DNA from: Fistulifera solaris
Taxonomy: Eukaryota
Direction of reading: 5' to 3'
Assembly: GCA_030295235.1 (NCBI GenBank)
Contig: AP026123.1
Location: 930,001 to 994,000, forward strand
DNA: 64,000 nucleotides
The notes under the pieces are model-generated. The model was not told the origin of the DNA. It did no database searches and saw only the letters and a program-made list of their open reading frames with translations. The position numbers and the translations under genes are program-made. Below are positions 36,201-48,178 of the stretch, piece by piece (position 1 is the first letter of the stretch; every line of letters begins with the position of its first letter).

Positions 36201-37263
36201 TGTCATGTTGGCTGTTGGCGCATACACATACGCTGGGAAGGGCGCCGGAGGCACTTCCGAGAAGCTTGCATGTCGAAAATTCTGCGAGGAGAACGGACTG
36301 AGTTACCCAATAATGGAGCGCATCCAAAAGATGAGACTGCACCTTGCGGGACTTTCCAAGCTCCGACTTTCTATGGCTGATAGCATTGCTTCGAAAAGTG
36401 GAAGCATTTCATATTCGATGCCTCCACCGACCAAGCTACAGGAGAAGCTCCTATGTCAGGCCATTGCTTCGGGGCTTTTGGACAACATAGCAATGTTGGC
36501 ACCGGTCGGGTCAATAACTGGTCAGCACCCTTTCAGCTTGAGGTCCGCGTACCTGAGTTGCTCCAAATCATCGAATGAGCCTCTTTTCATGGATAGAAAC
36601 AGTGTGGTGTATTCTAGGGACTCGCGTCTGATGCCCAAATGGATTTGTTACGAGTCACTCATGCGGAAAACACTCAAGGATGGCTCCACGATATCAGTTA
36701 TGAAAAACATTACCCCGATCGACCCTTCTTGGCTCGGATTGATTGCTCAAGGTAGTAGATTGCTTTCGATCGGTGAACCTTTGTCTACACCTCTTCCTGT
36801 GTACGATTTTTCGAAGGATGCGATTATGTGCTGCGCGAAAACAAAGTTCGGCGACCAAGGATGGGAAGTCCCACCTGTTCGTGTTGCTATGCCTCAGGCG
36901 CTAGAATTGCACGGAAAGAACTCAAAATCAAGTTTCTTACCGGATGACAGCTTTCGGTGGTTTGGCAGGTACTTATTGGAAGGAAAAGTCATTCCTGAGA
37001 TGATCGACTTGGAAGAGATGCTTACTGAAAGTCCAGCAGCAATGACAAGACAGAGTCTTACGAAGAAAGCTACTCTACTCGCGTCTCGCCTTGCGAGCGG
37101 AAATGTTCATAATCTTGGAGCGCTACGCATTCAATGGGCAACGGTAAGCAAAACTTTCCTGTTCTCTGAGCTAAAAATGTGGGTCAAGGAGGAGAATAGA
37201 GCGGACGCGATGGTCCTTTTGAAGAAGGTGGTACAAAAAGAGATTGCAATGGTACAATCTTAA
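33229..37263 (+). CDS. DHX37: DEAH-box RNA helicase DHX37/Dhr1 (SSU processome)
   Basis: [91 protein letters not shown]. The N-terminal 'GYN.D..NLLIV' and 'SSSTLG' segments are DHX37-like. Frameshifts near 34070 and 35400; probable short intron near 35002. Confidence 0.9.
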
Positions 37264-37905
37264 TACTTCAAAAGAGATGTACTTGGTCAGGAAATAAGGC
37301 CGTCAGAGTTGATGCGAAATCACATAGCGTCAAAATGCAAGGAAGATCAAAGCAACGCGCGACTTTATGCCGCCTTCCACAATGAAAGTGCGCACGCCTA
37401 GAGTACAGCGATTATTGTGCAGAATTGCCACGAATGGAAGGATCTTCTGACAGAGATCGTCCGTTATCTTCAAACATTGAATTGCAACAAACTGGGCAAA
37501 ATTTTTCATGGGCAACCCCTTGCATTTTGAGGCGAAAAACTCGAGTTCGATCACAGTAGGGCTTTAAAGTAGGAGGAAGATCAATATAGTGCGAATAAGT
37601 ACTTTGGTTTCGTAGCGGTAATAAAGCGGCACTAAATGTCGTAGTGTGAATGAAAAATGTCGCACGTGGAAGCACGGACAGACTGCACCCTCTTTCAGAC
37701 TCGTGACTAGAAGAAATACTGTCTTCCCGGGATACACGCAGCTTTTAGTACAAACTCTATACTTGTAGACGTGTTTTTCTCGGAAGCAATAAAAAATGAG
37801 AAACGAAAAACGACGAAACAACGAAAAACGAGTCGCCCAGACACGCAATCATAAAGAAGAATGAATGAATGATCGATTGTAAGCCCTACATACATTGAAA
37901 GGAAA

Positions 37906-39360
37906 ATGGAGTTCGAATTAGAGAGACGAAAGAAAGAAACAAAAGAGCATGATGCATCAATCTTTTACGGAATGGCTGTCGAAGGCATGAAGAAAGGAGA
38001 CGCTCAAGCACAAAACTACTGGGGTCTGATACGAACCAATCGGCGATTCAGGCTTTACCTATTGAGCTATGTGACCAGTCACGTCGGAGAATGGTTGACC
38101 TATATTGCAAGCCTTTCAACGATAGAAGCCATTCAAGCGGCGAAAGGAATGGAGACTACTTCGGGACGAGTCGTAAGTCGTCTCATTATCATTCGACTGG
38201 TCCCAAATATTCTTTTTTCCCCGTTCGGAGGGATACTTGCCGATGGACTCGATAGAAGGAAAGTCATGATTTGTCTTGATCTGGTTGGTGCTGCTACTGT
38301 CTTTCTTTTCGTGGCTGCTGTTCAAGTACGATCCATAGGTCTCATTTATGTTGCGACATTCATTCAAGAGTGTGTTTCTGGATTATACGAGCCCAGCCGT
38401 TCAGCTATACTGCCCATGTTAGTTTCAGGAGAAGAGGACATGAAACGAGCAACTACAATATCCGGTTTAGCATGGTCGTCTGTTGCCGCATTCGGAGCGG
38501 CCCTTAGCGGTTTGGTAGTGGGTTTGTTTGGAGTCAAAACATGTTTTGCCATTGATTGTGTCACGTACGTAATCAGTGCTTGGTTAATGTGGATGGTCGA
38601 CGGTAATTGGGGCACAGTTACTACGGAAGAAGACGCCCATGAATCCCTTTTGGATTACATTAGAGGAATGTTGACTGAGGGAACCCATTATATATGGACG
38701 TCGCACTTTGGCGGTCTGGTCTTGATCAAAGCTACAGCTTCTCTGGTATATGGTGGTTTCGACGTGTTGAATGTAGCGTTTGCTGAGAGAGGGAGTGTGA
38801 AAGGGAGACCATTTCGTCTTGGTATTCTTTTGCCTGTTCCGGTATTGGTTGTCTATTGGGACCAATGCTAGTTGATCCATACACTGACGTGGCTCGGCCC
38901 AAAACGCTTCAGTTCACCTGCGTGGCTTCTTTCATTTTCTTGACCATCGGGAGCATAGTCCTTGGTTTCTCTACCAGCTTCTGGATTGCTTGTACTTTCA
39001 CATTGATCCGAGCAGCGGGATCTTCGGTGCTCTGGATAAACAGCAGCATTTTGATACAAAAGTTTTGTATTCCATCTCTTCTGGGCCGCGTGTCATCGAT
39101 AGGCACTAGCGCTGCTCTCCGAATCCTTTTCGGCATATTTGACTGGACGCCTGTTAGATGAAAGTAACTTATCAGCGGAGGATGTGAGTCTGCTTTTGGG
39201 ATCGTTATCGGCCATTCTGTCAGTTGGCTGGTTCATCTATCATGTACAAGGGCGAGGAGCGGTTTGGTCTCCAGAAGAAGACTCATCCGGTTCCCACTCC
39301 TTGAACACGTACAAAAACTCACTTGCAGAAACCACGGCTCTTGTTGAACTTATTTCGTAG
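37906..39360 (+). CDS. Major facilitator superfamily transporter (MFS_3/H+ antiporter-like)
   Basis: FSPFGGILADGLDRRKVMI (motif A), EPSRSAILP, LLGRVSS, and about 12 hydrophobic segments. Frameshifts near 38830 and 39110. Confidence 0.8.
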
Positions 39361-39448
39361 GAACGTTAAACATGCCAGACTTCAAGGCGATAAAAGGTAA
39401 AAGCTATCATGTAATCTATCGAACATTAGCTGCGCCGCGGACGCATCA

Positions 39449-40890
39449 TTATACAGAACCAGTAGCAGCAATTCCACATAATTGCTTGATAGAATCGTAA
39501 AGAAACAGCTGCAGGGTGACAGTTACACCGACATGCAAGAATCTGGTTTTGATACCCACCATAAAGCCGTTCATTCCTCGATTAGAGCTCAAAATGTCGC
39601 GAACGATGTCCCTAGTTCTTCGCCTTTCACCTGCATTCGCGTTTTGCAAACTTAGTAGCATGTCGCCAGGCTGACTGGCAATGCAAGAAAGGATGCTAGC
39701 CACTGCTCCAGCTATAACTGGTATTCCGACCTTGAGTCGAGGCGATATCGCGGTTCCTGTATTCCGAAGAAAGCCGTACGCCGCTCGTGTGACGACGTCA
39801 AAAGAACCGTTCTTTGTGATTGTATAAGGAACTTGCTTATACAGCATGGGAGTGATTCCACGAAACAAGAAACCCGCACCTTCCGTTGCAAGAATATTCG
39901 ATCCAGCACGCACCCAATTTACACCTGTATTATGTTGAGCAACCATCCGAATCCGAAGAGCTTCCATCGGGCAGAGAAAAATTGAAGCAGCCACGCCCGA
40001 CGCGGCCCCGCAAAATACCAGCGACAGAATATGTGAGTTGAGGAACGCCATCGATGGCGCAAGGCCCGACAAGAATACTAACATGCGACGAACGTAGGGT
40101 TTGGTAGCCTCATATACACCAAACTTGATCGCCCCCTCAATTAGATATCCAAAAGAGTGGGCCCTAAACCCGCCCATAGAGAGCGCATTCCCTCATTCTT
40201 AAGCATGTACGATGTTGCCTCAATGAAGTTCATGTTCGCAAGAGTAGGGTCGATCTGTTTGCGAGTCTTCACAACGTCGATAGGGACTTGGGGGGCATGA
40301 GTGAGCTAGTGGTGAAAAGTTACAATCATAAATGACGGCATGCCAACAAACGCTTGTTTACGTACCGGGTACAGTATGTGATATGGCTGCGCACAGTCCT
40401 CCTGCTAAATAATATCTCCAAGCACCGACTCCTGATGCAGCAATTAGGAGCCAGCACAGTAACGTCGCTACACAAGTAGAGGCGGCAGCAATCGAATACT
40501 GTTTCCATAGACTTCCAGGGACTTTGAGGGGCGGGAGGTCTGTGCCAAGTACTTCTTCCCAATCCACCTGACGCTCTTGTGAAAAGAAGGATTCCGTAGT
40601 GAATAAAGACCACTGGCGTCTCCTGTCCCACTATCATTCGGGATATCGAAGTTATTGGGTGTATTTTGATCTTGAGTTGACGCTATATTTCTTGTAAAAG
40701 GAAACCGCTTCTTTGTTCTGCATACACTATTTCTAAAAGGCTTCGGCGAGTTCTTGTACGAAAATGCGTGTGCACCATAATTGAAGCGCAACGCGAGAGG
40801 GAGAACGACCCCAATGATGACGCGCGATGAGAAGGAAGATAAAGGACGCCTTCGCGTAGAACGCCAATTCGATACATCAGGGCCCGCCAT
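39449..40890 (-). CDS. Mitochondrial carrier family (SLC25), phosphate-carrier (PiC/Mir1)-like, with long N-terminal extension
   Basis: YYLAGGLCAAISHT..VPIDVVKTR (across intron ~40289-40363), GYLIEGAIKFGVYE, LCPMEALRIRMV, KQVPYT and SQPGDMLLS. Confidence 0.8.
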
Positions 40891-41204
40891 CGTTGAACCG
40901 CGCCGTCGTTGCAAGTAGTGCTTCAAAGTGAGTGACCCCCGATGTAAAACAGAAGTGAAACCTCTTTTATCTTGAAAAGGGCCCTTTCAACGACACGCGC
41001 AGTTCGTTTTTGTTTTGCAACCGACAAAGGTTGTTGTGACGATGACGGCGTTGTTTCTCGGTTGTCTCATTGAGGCAGTCTATCATTTGAACCGGTACCC
41101 GATACAATAGTCGTAAAAGTAGTGCGTGTACGTTGAAGAAGGCGGAACACATTCCTCGTGACACACAGCGGGTATTGGCGCGGCCGACAGCAGACAAACA
41201 CAAT

Positions 41205-41610
41205 CAGACTTTCTGGAAATGCAGCCGAATTTCTGGAAGACCAACAATGAGGAGTCCAGATTTTTGGACCAATCGCAGTATTTTCGTAGGACCAACAACC
41301 AAACCGAGTCCAGATTTTCTGGACCACTCACAGAATTTCTGTATGATCAGTCACAGATTTCTGTAGGACCAACAACCGGGTCCAGAATTTCTGGACCTGT
41401 TACTGAATTTCTGTATGACCAACAACTGAGTCCAGAATTTCTGGACCAACCACAGAATTTCTGTAGGACCAACAACCGGGTCCAATATTTCTGGACCACT
41501 CGCAGAATTTCTATATGACCAACAACCGAGTCGTCAAGAATATCTGGACCACTCAAAGCATTTCTGGACGACCAACAACAACAACCGAGTCCATTTCCCT
41601 ACAAATTCTA
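41205..41610. repeat. Degenerate minisatellite related to the 31-kb satellite, in the opposite orientation
   Basis: Repeated 'gagtccagaatttctggacca..cacagaatttctgta(t/g)gaccaacaacc'. Its reverse complement matches 'gtcatacagaaattctgtagtggtccagaaattctggacc' of the 31-kb unit. Confidence 0.8.
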
Positions 41611-41864
41611 GCGAACACACACTCCGGTATCTGGCGAATTCTATGGCGGGCGGTGGTTCTTGCAGTACCCTGTCGCTACCCGCAGCGACCTTGGTCACGA
41701 AGCAGCGCTTAAAAAATACATAATAGTATAGAATAACAAAAGATTACTTAGGAAATGAGCATATGGGGGGCGGGGAGTGGTCTCTGCCTGGGTGTCGGGA
41801 CTTCGGTCACCTCCCTTAAGGTTCTGTAGAGCCTCCTAGCCCCCCTGGAGCCCGTTAACCAACC

Positions 41865-42070
41865 AACCATCAACCGAGTACAGAGTTTCTGGATTTTTCA
41901 CAGAATTTCTGTAGGACCAACAAACACCCGAGTTCAGAATTTCTGTAGGACCGACAAGTGAGTTTAGAATTTTCAGAACAACCACAGAGCACAGAGCACA
42001 GAGTCCTGTACGATCCAAAACATTGATTCCAGAATTTCTGGAACATCCACAGATTCTGTATGACCACTAG
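41865..42070. repeat. Second degenerate block of the same minisatellite family
   Basis: cagaatttctgtaggacc twice, ttccagaatttctggaa, and cagattctgtatgacc. Confidence 0.7.
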
Positions 42071-42430
42071 TTCCTAACAAGGTTAAAGCTGGACTTCGAT
42101 TACAGCGTATAGGCTCACGACTATAACGAAGCCCATAGCAGATCGGTCGAAGATTTACTGGATTGCAGCTCATTTGTTATTTCTTCTTTCCCGAATTGAC
42201 TGAACAGAGAAAAACTTTAAAAAGAGTGTCGTCAAGTTTTTTACCTCTTTATTGTGCTGCAACATAGCTACGATCCTGGCCTGATCCTGTGAACAAGTTC
42301 ATTATTAAGGAATCTGAGAATGATAAGTATTGTTGTTGATGCCTTTTTAGGAAAATATTTAGCGGGGATCAATCGAATAAACGATTAACATCGTGTCATG
42401 TAGCTTTATATGTCACACTGTCAACTAAAC

Positions 42431-43426
42431 TCAAAACTTCATCCCAAAGAACGACATGCACTGCTCGACAAAGTTCAAGCTGGGCTCTGGCTTGTTTTCC
42501 GTTTTACGAGTTCCGAAAAGCGGCGCCCGCGCAAACGCATCAGCGACCACAGTGAAGATTGTCGGCTCTTTCTGACTCGGGATCTCTTCAAGTTTAGTTA
42601 CAGTTGGAATTTCGTTGAATACGCTAGCTGCGTTCAGTGTTGTTTCGAAGCGCCGAAGCCAGGTTCCGGCGATCTTGGAGATTTCCGCCAAAACGTCAGG
42701 TGCCACAAATTCGGATTTGTTTCGTCTCATGTGTTTTTTCATGGCAGGAGTCAAAACAAAGCATGGAAAATCTCTTGTTGGCTTTTCCCACTGGCTCACT
42801 CCTGTTAACGAATTGTGGTAGTATACCATTTTTGATTTCTCACCGTCAAAGTAAGCACTCCATTCGCCTTGTGAAGCAAGTGGCAAAGAAAAGTCATTGT
42901 CGTCTTCATCGAGACTGGTTCTTTCGGTGATTTTCATGCCATCCTTCAGGTCGATTTTCGGAAATGACAACGTCGGTGGATCCCATTGGCTCTCTCCAGT
43001 CACTTCGTTGAAGAAATAAACGTAGCCTGACCCAAATTCGTCCCAATACGCAGACCAGTCGCCCTCGCTTGCCAATGCTGCCGGTTGAAACGAAAATTTG
43101 TCCCAGATATCTTCAAACGGCCTAATCTGGATAGAAGTGCCTTCCATGAAATTCGACAACCAACTATCGGTAGTCAAAAGCGTTGGAGAGGCAGCGGCTT
43201 TGGCGGTCTTCTTCTTAGGGACTTTCCTTTTCTCTATGACGGTTGGCATTTCCTTACCGTCCCTTTCTCGAGACAATCGCTGAATTCGTTTTAGAAAATC
43301 AACTTCCGTGGATGCCGAATACGAGAGATGTGTCCAGGCTCGAGTAGACCGGCCCGAATGAGTTTGAAACGCCGCTGCCGCAATACCGCACGCTTGCACG
43401 ATGCAAAGCCACTGAAGCGATCTCAT
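42431..43426 (-). CDS. Putative plastid-targeted protein with two WW domains
   Basis: Signal peptide ending GIAAAA-FQTHS. WW1 is LASEGDWSAYWDEFGSGYVYFFNEVTGESQWDPP; WW2 is LASQGEWSAYFDGEKSKMVYYHNSLTGVSQWEKP. Confidence 0.8.
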   Translation of the reverse strand: MRSLQWLCIVQACGIAAAAFQTHSGRSTRAWTHLSYSASTEVDFLKRIQRLSRERDGKEMPTVIEKRKVPKKKTAKAAASPTLLTTDSWLSNFMEGTSIQIRPFEDIWDKFSFQPAALASEGDWSAYWDEFGSGYVYFFNEVTGESQWDPPTLSFPKIDLKDGMKITERTSLDEDDNDFSLPLASQGEWSAYFDGEKSKMVYYHNSLTGVSQWEKPTRDFPCFVLTPAMKKHMRRNKSEFVAPDVLAEISKIAGTWLRRFETTLNAASVFNEIPTVTKLEEIPSQKEPTIFTVVADAFARAPLFGTRKTENKPEPSLNFVEQCMSFFGMKF

Positions 43427-44101
43427 TGCCGAATGGCTCTTGCGCTATGTTGTTGAAACGAGACCTCTCAATGAAGAGTTAATTCAAGAAGGATTACAAG
43501 AGTGCAGCAAATGGATATCTCCCATGACGAGAACGCAATCAAATGCAACAGGAGCGAAAACGAATCACCTTGAGGGGAATATCACGCAAAAGTAGGAGAC
43601 ATCGCGCACTGTGACATCCCCTGCGTCTCGGCGCTCAGCGGGTCTTGGACTTTTGAACTCGTGCCAGTCCTCTATGTATTGCAAATCTTGCTCTCCTAAA
43701 CGCTTAAATGTAAAAATCACTACACACTTTGTTGTAGTTTCTTCATCTAAATAATCTTAACAACAAAAATTTTATAGGAGTTAAATCGCCGGCCAGCCTT
43801 CAACTCTCACCCCAAAAAGAACCTAACTCTGGTGAGGCCTTCTTTATAGAAGGACCGAACGCCGCACATCAACACCTCCATTTGCGATTTGTGTTCGTCG
43901 TGTCCGCGAAACTTGATGCAATCTTTTCGCGGGCGCCGCGGTTTACTATTCTCGGTCTTTTGTTCGAACAAAAAGCATTCCGAACGCACCACAAGACTGA
44001 TCTCTTTATTACTACTTTACACATTTCCATCTCGCGTTACGCGGAAAGTTACGGAGAATAAAAGCGCGCATCTACTTCACGCCAGGCGAGGTCACCTGAA
44101 A

Positions 44102-45465
44102 ATGTATCGTTTCGTCTGCATTGCCCTCTTCTTGATGCCTACGGCGGCGACGTTCATGCCGCAATTCCCAGTTTCTGATACGTCATCTCGTTCTAGTAAA
44201 ACCTACGCTTTATCAAGTGACGTACAAAAGTGGTTGAGAAACGATAAAAAGGCAGCTGCATGGGACCCAGTGAAACTATGGGATGAGATGGTTTCAGCAC
44301 CCGTTCGTCGTCACGTGGAATACGGAACTCCTACCATTAGCTTGGGACGACAGCAAAACACCCGCTCGAACCCTTTTGACGACCTTGTTTCGTTCATGAA
44401 AGACAATATAAAAGAAGCAAACACCGCCTTTCGCCAGTTCATGAATGACGTCACATCACAAGTGAATGCCAAGTCGCCGCAAGCGCTCGCACAGCAGGGC
44501 GATTGGGGTGCCTTTGTGGACGAGGAAGGAACGGGTCGTATTTACTACTTTAATGTCGTGACAGGAGAGAGTCGGTGGAATCCTCCGACGGCAGATTTTC
44601 CCATGGTGAATGAACCTCCTCGACTGCTCGTTTCCGAAGGATACTGGGCGGCCTACATGGATGAGAAAAAGAAGTCAGTCTATTACTTTAACCGAAAAAC
44701 AGGCCAGACGACTTGGAATCGACCGTATCCCTCCTTTCCGCGGGTTTCGGTGAATAGTATTGCTCAGACGGCCCAGAGACCGTTGGCTGTCCGTGGAGAT
44801 TGGTCGGCCTATTTGGATGACAAGAACAACGTCTACTATTTCAACGACGTTACAGGAGAGAGCACATGGCAACCTCCGGCGGGCTTCCCTAACGTGCAAG
44901 CTGAAAACTTTGTTTCCGCATTTCGAAATTGGCTCGGCGTGGAAAAATGGACGCACCGAAGTGGCTGGAAGATGTCTTGGAGAAAATCCCCTTTACCCCG
45001 GTTTCAGCGAATCAAGAGAAAGACATGGAATGGTTGACGGAGTTGACATCAAGAATTGACCAACAGTTCGAGAAAGCGACAAGCAGTATTCGGGAATCAT
45101 GGAGCTTTCTTGATTACTTTGGCCGCTCTAAAACATTTTCGGCCAACGAATTTCCCATTGCGGCTATTGTGATCGACTACATGGATGAGCTTCTTGCTTC
45201 GGCACGGAACTATTTTCCTTTCCCAGATGCGTCTCGGAATATTCGGCAATATACCGCCATGCAAGCGCCAACCATTCACCCCGACCTGGAACATCTAACC
45301 CGATGGAAGCGCAATAGCGACGGTACCATCACAGGATCCGTACGCCATTCCACCAAGCATCCAGTCGGCACTGTGATAACGACAAGTCCAGCTGAGCGAG
45401 GAAGCGCTGTTGCCCAACAAAAGGTGATTCGTACACTGTCAGGAACCCGGTATTATCTCCTGTAA
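44102..45465 (+). CDS. Putative plastid-targeted protein with three WW domains and a C-terminal PyShell-like beta module (frameshift near 44945)
   Basis: MYRFVCIALFLMPTAAT-FMP presequence and three W..(Y/F)xD...YYFN..TG...W..P repeats. Adding one A to the run at ~44943-44948 joins ...WLGVEK to MDAPKWLED..., ending in WKRNSDGTITGSVRHSTKHPVGTVITTSPAERGSAVAQQKVIRTLSGTRYYLL. Confidence 0.75.
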
Positions 45466-45668
45466 GAGGAAACGTTCTTTTGATAGTCGATCTTTGACTT
45501 TCCTTCCATATCCGACTCCATATGATGTGGTGATGATTAATGTTCTACGAGAGAAAAAGCACCCACGAACAAGGTATTGTAACAACACTGAATCAAATCA
45601 TGTAACATTTATTGACGTACAGCCACTCATCTTTCGACTAGATATAAACACGTTTGGACCGAGGTTTC

Positions 45669-46413
45669 TCATGCACTTGCTCCGTTCTTGAGCAAATCCA
45701 ACTTTCTGTAGACTTCATCGATCTTGGTCCCTTGTGGCATGGTGATTTCTTCGTCAATGATGATTTGTAAGACACTTGCAGTCGTATCATAAAACTTTTC
45801 GTTTTCAGCGCGCCGGTTGCCCATCACAGCGCCTTCGAGGGTGAGACCTCCGAAGAGGCCCTTTGTGAAGGCGATGCTAACAGTTCCTCCTACGCCCTTG
45901 GTGCTACAATTGATGCCGCCATTATAAGACCTGCCCCACTTAATAATCGATATCTCAGCTTGGGCACCGATCTTCAGACTGTTGTTTACGGCGAGAGCCT
46001 CCAATGTTTCTTGGTCCATAATAAAAATCATACTCTCTTTCATGGATCCACCAATTGCGAAGCCCCAGCCTGTATGAGAACCGCAGGAAAAGGGTTAGTC
46101 TTTCATGTCAAACTGGGATATCCCCTTACAAGCTCTGGAAATAAAGGGCTCGGCTTACCAACTGCTGTTAAACCAATAGCGCAAGGAACTGACCACGAAC
46201 CGTCACGCCTTTTTGCCATGAAGATGCCGGTTCCCAATTTTCCTGTGAACGTGAACCCGGCCTCAATGGAAGATAATAAGATAACCCCCTTGCAGTTCTC
46301 AAAAGATCTCTGGGAACGCCTCTCGTCTTGGGGTCCAGTGCTCGATCTAGAACATTATTTGCTCGCCAGATCATGCCTGACATGGTTAAGCGACTAGGCG
46401 GTTTCTCGGGCAT
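45669..46413 (-). CDS. SYLF/Ysc84 actin-binding (DUF500) domain protein, paralog 1
   Basis: AGFTFTGKLGTGIF...DGSWSVPCAIG, KGLFGGLTLEGAV..NRRAENEKFY. Intron ~46070-46158; small frameshifts present. Confidence 0.8.
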
Positions 46414-46847
46414 CGTGTTTGCTCTTTCCTTCAACTAATAACGCGAGAAAGAGAATCCACTTTGTGCTTTGTGCAATCTGGGAACTTTCCTAAATTCTTT
46501 GGGGTTCGCAAAAACATTCTGACATTATGAAGCCCAGTTAAATAACGAGAGTCACCAAGAGCGAAACAGTTATGCACCTGGTACTAAAGTTACAGTCGCA
46601 AGGCGAGTGCATTATTCATCAACTTCAATTCTTTTGTCGATACCACAGCGATCGAACGGTTTATTTAGAACTGAGGTTCTTCGGGTATAGCACCTGTGCT
46701 GCTGCTGCTGCTGCTACTACCGTGTGCTGTCTGCTGTATAACGCCATCTACTCAATCCAGGTAAATATTAACTCGATCGTTTTATAATGAATACACAATC
46801 ACTCGTGATCTTCGTTAATTTGACAAACAAACACAATTTCTGGACGA

Positions 46848-47590
46848 CTAGGTTCGCTCGGCGCTTCCTACGTTCTTGAGGAGGTCAAGCTTTCTGTACA
46901 CTTCGTCGATCTTGGTTCCTTGGGGCATCGAGACTTCTTCATCCATAACGATTTGCAAGACACTTGCATTCGTACCATAGAACTTTTCATTGATCGAGCG
47001 TCGAGCGCCAATCACAGCGACTTCAAGAGTGAGCCCCCAAACAAACCCTTCGAGAAGGCAAGACTAACAGTTCCTCCATAACCGGCAGGACTGCAATTCA
47101 AGGCAAGATTGTAGGATCTTCCCCATTTTGCGAGAGTTAGCTCGGCCTGGGCACCGATCTTTAGACCGTTGTTTACAGCGAGTGCTTCCAATGTTTGCTG
47201 GTTCATGATGAAGATCATGCTTTCTTTCAACGAAGCTCCAATGACAAACCCCCGCCTGAGTTTGTAAAAGCAACAGCAGTTAGAATGTACACACATTCAG
47301 CCTTCCTAAGGGCAGCTCGAAATGAAGGACTTACCAGCTGATGTCAAACCGATGGCACTTGGAACCGACCACGAACCGTCCCTTTTCTTCACCATAAATA
47401 TGCCGGTTCCCAACTTTCCTGTAAACGTGAATCCTGCCTCGATCGACGAAAGTAAGATTATTCCTATGCACTTGTCAAAAACGTCTTTGGGAATGCCTCT
47501 CTGCTTTGGATCCAAGGCGCGATCCAGAACTTTATCTGCTCTCCAGATCATGCCAGGCATGGTTGTGCGAGGAGGAGGTTTTTCAGGCAT
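46848..47590 (-). CDS. SYLF/Ysc84 domain protein, paralog 2
   Basis: MPEKPPPRTTMPGMIWRADKVL...GIPKDVFDKCIGIILLSSIEAGFTFTGKLGTG...WSVPSAIG. Intron ~47257-47334. SKGLFGG followed by a frameshift near 47036. Confidence 0.85.
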
Positions 47591-48178
47591 TGTTTCTTTT
47601 CTGTGCAATGAAGTTACCGATGAAACCTTTTGTTTTATGCGCAATTCGATCTGGGCGTGGTTAATATTGAGTTCGCAAGTGCCTCGACCATTGGAGAAAA
47701 AAGAGTCGCTAAGAAGAAAAAAAAAATGCCGCGATGTGAAGCTTGTGCGTTTTGAATTTTGAATTGAACGCTTCTTCTCACTCTAGATTTTATAGTACAG
47801 TCAAGCGCCGGGCGACTACGACATCATTATGGAAACCGACGGAAACTGCATAACATCGGAGTGTTTTCTAAACAATCGTCTTTTCGATCTCCTTCGTAAA
47901 AGCAAGTGCTATCTTCTGAACGTGGGTGTCATTACTGGTTGACGTGCATCTTGAAGCGAACACTCCATCGTTTGCATCATCGGCGCTGACTCTTCTCGGC
48001 AGGTCTAGATAGATCTTCGAAATGTTGTGCTGGTACACTTCTTTCCGGCGATTAGTATGGAAATGAGGAGAACTTTTCACTGCTTAGTAATTTGCTGGAC
48101 AATTAGCCTCGCACCCATAATAAATGCACCTCTTAAAACTTCAAGTTTAGTTCTTGGATGTCTTACTTTTAGACGATA

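Noticed and set aside
6250..37263. Programmed frameshifting or pseudogenisation of Exo70, TAF2, SIL1 and DHX37
   Set aside because: Breaks are widespread and mostly at homopolymers in conserved housekeeping genes; sequencing error is the simpler explanation.
37330..37895. Small minus-strand ORFs between DHX37 and the MFS gene
   Set aside because: They are short, overlapping and have no motifs; probably UTR or promoter sequence.
41067..42173. Short ORFs across the 41-42 kb region
   Set aside because: They are translations of minisatellite sequence with no domain signal.
43889..44101. 71-aa N-terminal extension of the WW protein given by the ORF track
   Set aside because: It begins at a non-ATG codon, whereas ATG 44102 directly precedes a clean signal peptide.
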